A DNA stretch of 24,000 nt from Geomonas azotofigens (GTDB lineage: Bacteria > Desulfobacterota > Desulfuromonadia > Geobacterales > Geobacteraceae): positions 698,182 to 722,181 of the forward strand of contig NZ_JAHLME010000002.1 of the NCBI RefSeq assembly GCF_018919395.1. The letters are read 5' to 3'. Both the position numbers and the translations under genes were made by a program. The notes beneath the pieces are model-generated. The model was not told where the DNA came from. It searched no databases and saw only the letters and a list, made by a program, of their open reading frames with translations. This document shows positions 23,727 to 24,000 of the stretch, piece by piece. Each line of letters starts with the position of its first letter. The first letter of the stretch is position 1.

Positions 23727-24000
23727 ATGAAGGGACCAGACCTGATTATACATAACGGCAGGATCAGCACACTGGACCAGGAAAGGCCGGAGGCTGCCGC
23801 CATCGCGATCAAGGACGGCAAGGTAGAGGCTCTCGGCGGTGCAGAGCTGACCACAACAGCGGACGACCACACCCAGGTTATCGACGCGAAGGGTCGCCGG
23901 GTGATCCCGGGGCTGAACGACTCGCACATACACGTGATCCGGGGAGGGCTGAACTTCAACATGGAACTGCGCTGGGACGGGGTGCCGTCGCTCGCGCTGG
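23727..24000 (+). CDS. Amidohydrolase-family protein, N-terminal 91 codons (runs off the window end)
   Basis: Absent from the ORF track because there is no stop. The ATG at 23727 follows GGGGAGG. The translation is MKGPDLIIHNGRISTLDQERPEAAAIAIKDGKVEALGG...VIDAKGRRVIPGLNDSHIHVIRGG, and the metal-binding DSHIH motif is typical of Amidohydro_3. Confidence 0.75.
   Translation, partial: MKGPDLIIHNGRISTLDQERPEAAAIAIKDGKVEALGGAELTTTADDHTQVIDAKGRRVIPGLNDSHIHVIRGGLNFNMELRWDGVPSLAL

Overview
The gene content looks like a Geobacter-type (Desulfuromonadales) chromosome; that taxonomic call is inference only. By eye and by hand counts of sample lines, the window falls into three compositional blocks.

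(i) 1-8.6 kb, about 48-52% GC (line 6001-6060 = 29/60). This block carries envelope and osmotic-stress genes, almost all on the minus strand: an atypical Hsp70 translationally coupled to a GrpE-like gene, a YidB-like gene, a ComEA-like gene, MscS, MscL, AqpZ, two OmpA-family proteins and several small secreted low-complexity proteins.

(ii) 8.6-17.8 kb, accessory DNA. It starts with an AT-rich, ORF-poor stretch (line 9181-9240 = 20/60 GC) holding an orphan receiver-domain gene bracketed by diverged ~130-nt direct repeats. About 7.6 kb of integrase-associated DNA follows and abuts an initiator tRNA-Met gene. Its contents are: integrase, excisionase-like HTH, two paralogous zinc-ribbon genes, a metallophosphoesterase, a 740-bp hairpin-dense ORF-free region, a second tyrosine-recombinase-like gene, and an XRE repressor divergent from a four-gene overlapping operon that includes an HNH endonuclease. 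The hairpin-dense region contains two degenerate copies of the tRNA 3' end.

(iii) 17.8-24 kb, about 62% GC core (line 20101-20160 = 37/60). Genes are tRNA-fMet, rlmB-like, pyrF, proS, ispG, an isochorismatase-family hydrolase and a partial amidohydrolase. Two copies of a ~115-bp palindromic intergenic element flank proS.

I saw no CRISPR array, rRNA gene or recognisable transposase. The most unusual material is the 13.4-14.1 kb structured non-coding region and the uncharacterised gene modules on either side of it. I cannot assign a function from the sequence alone.
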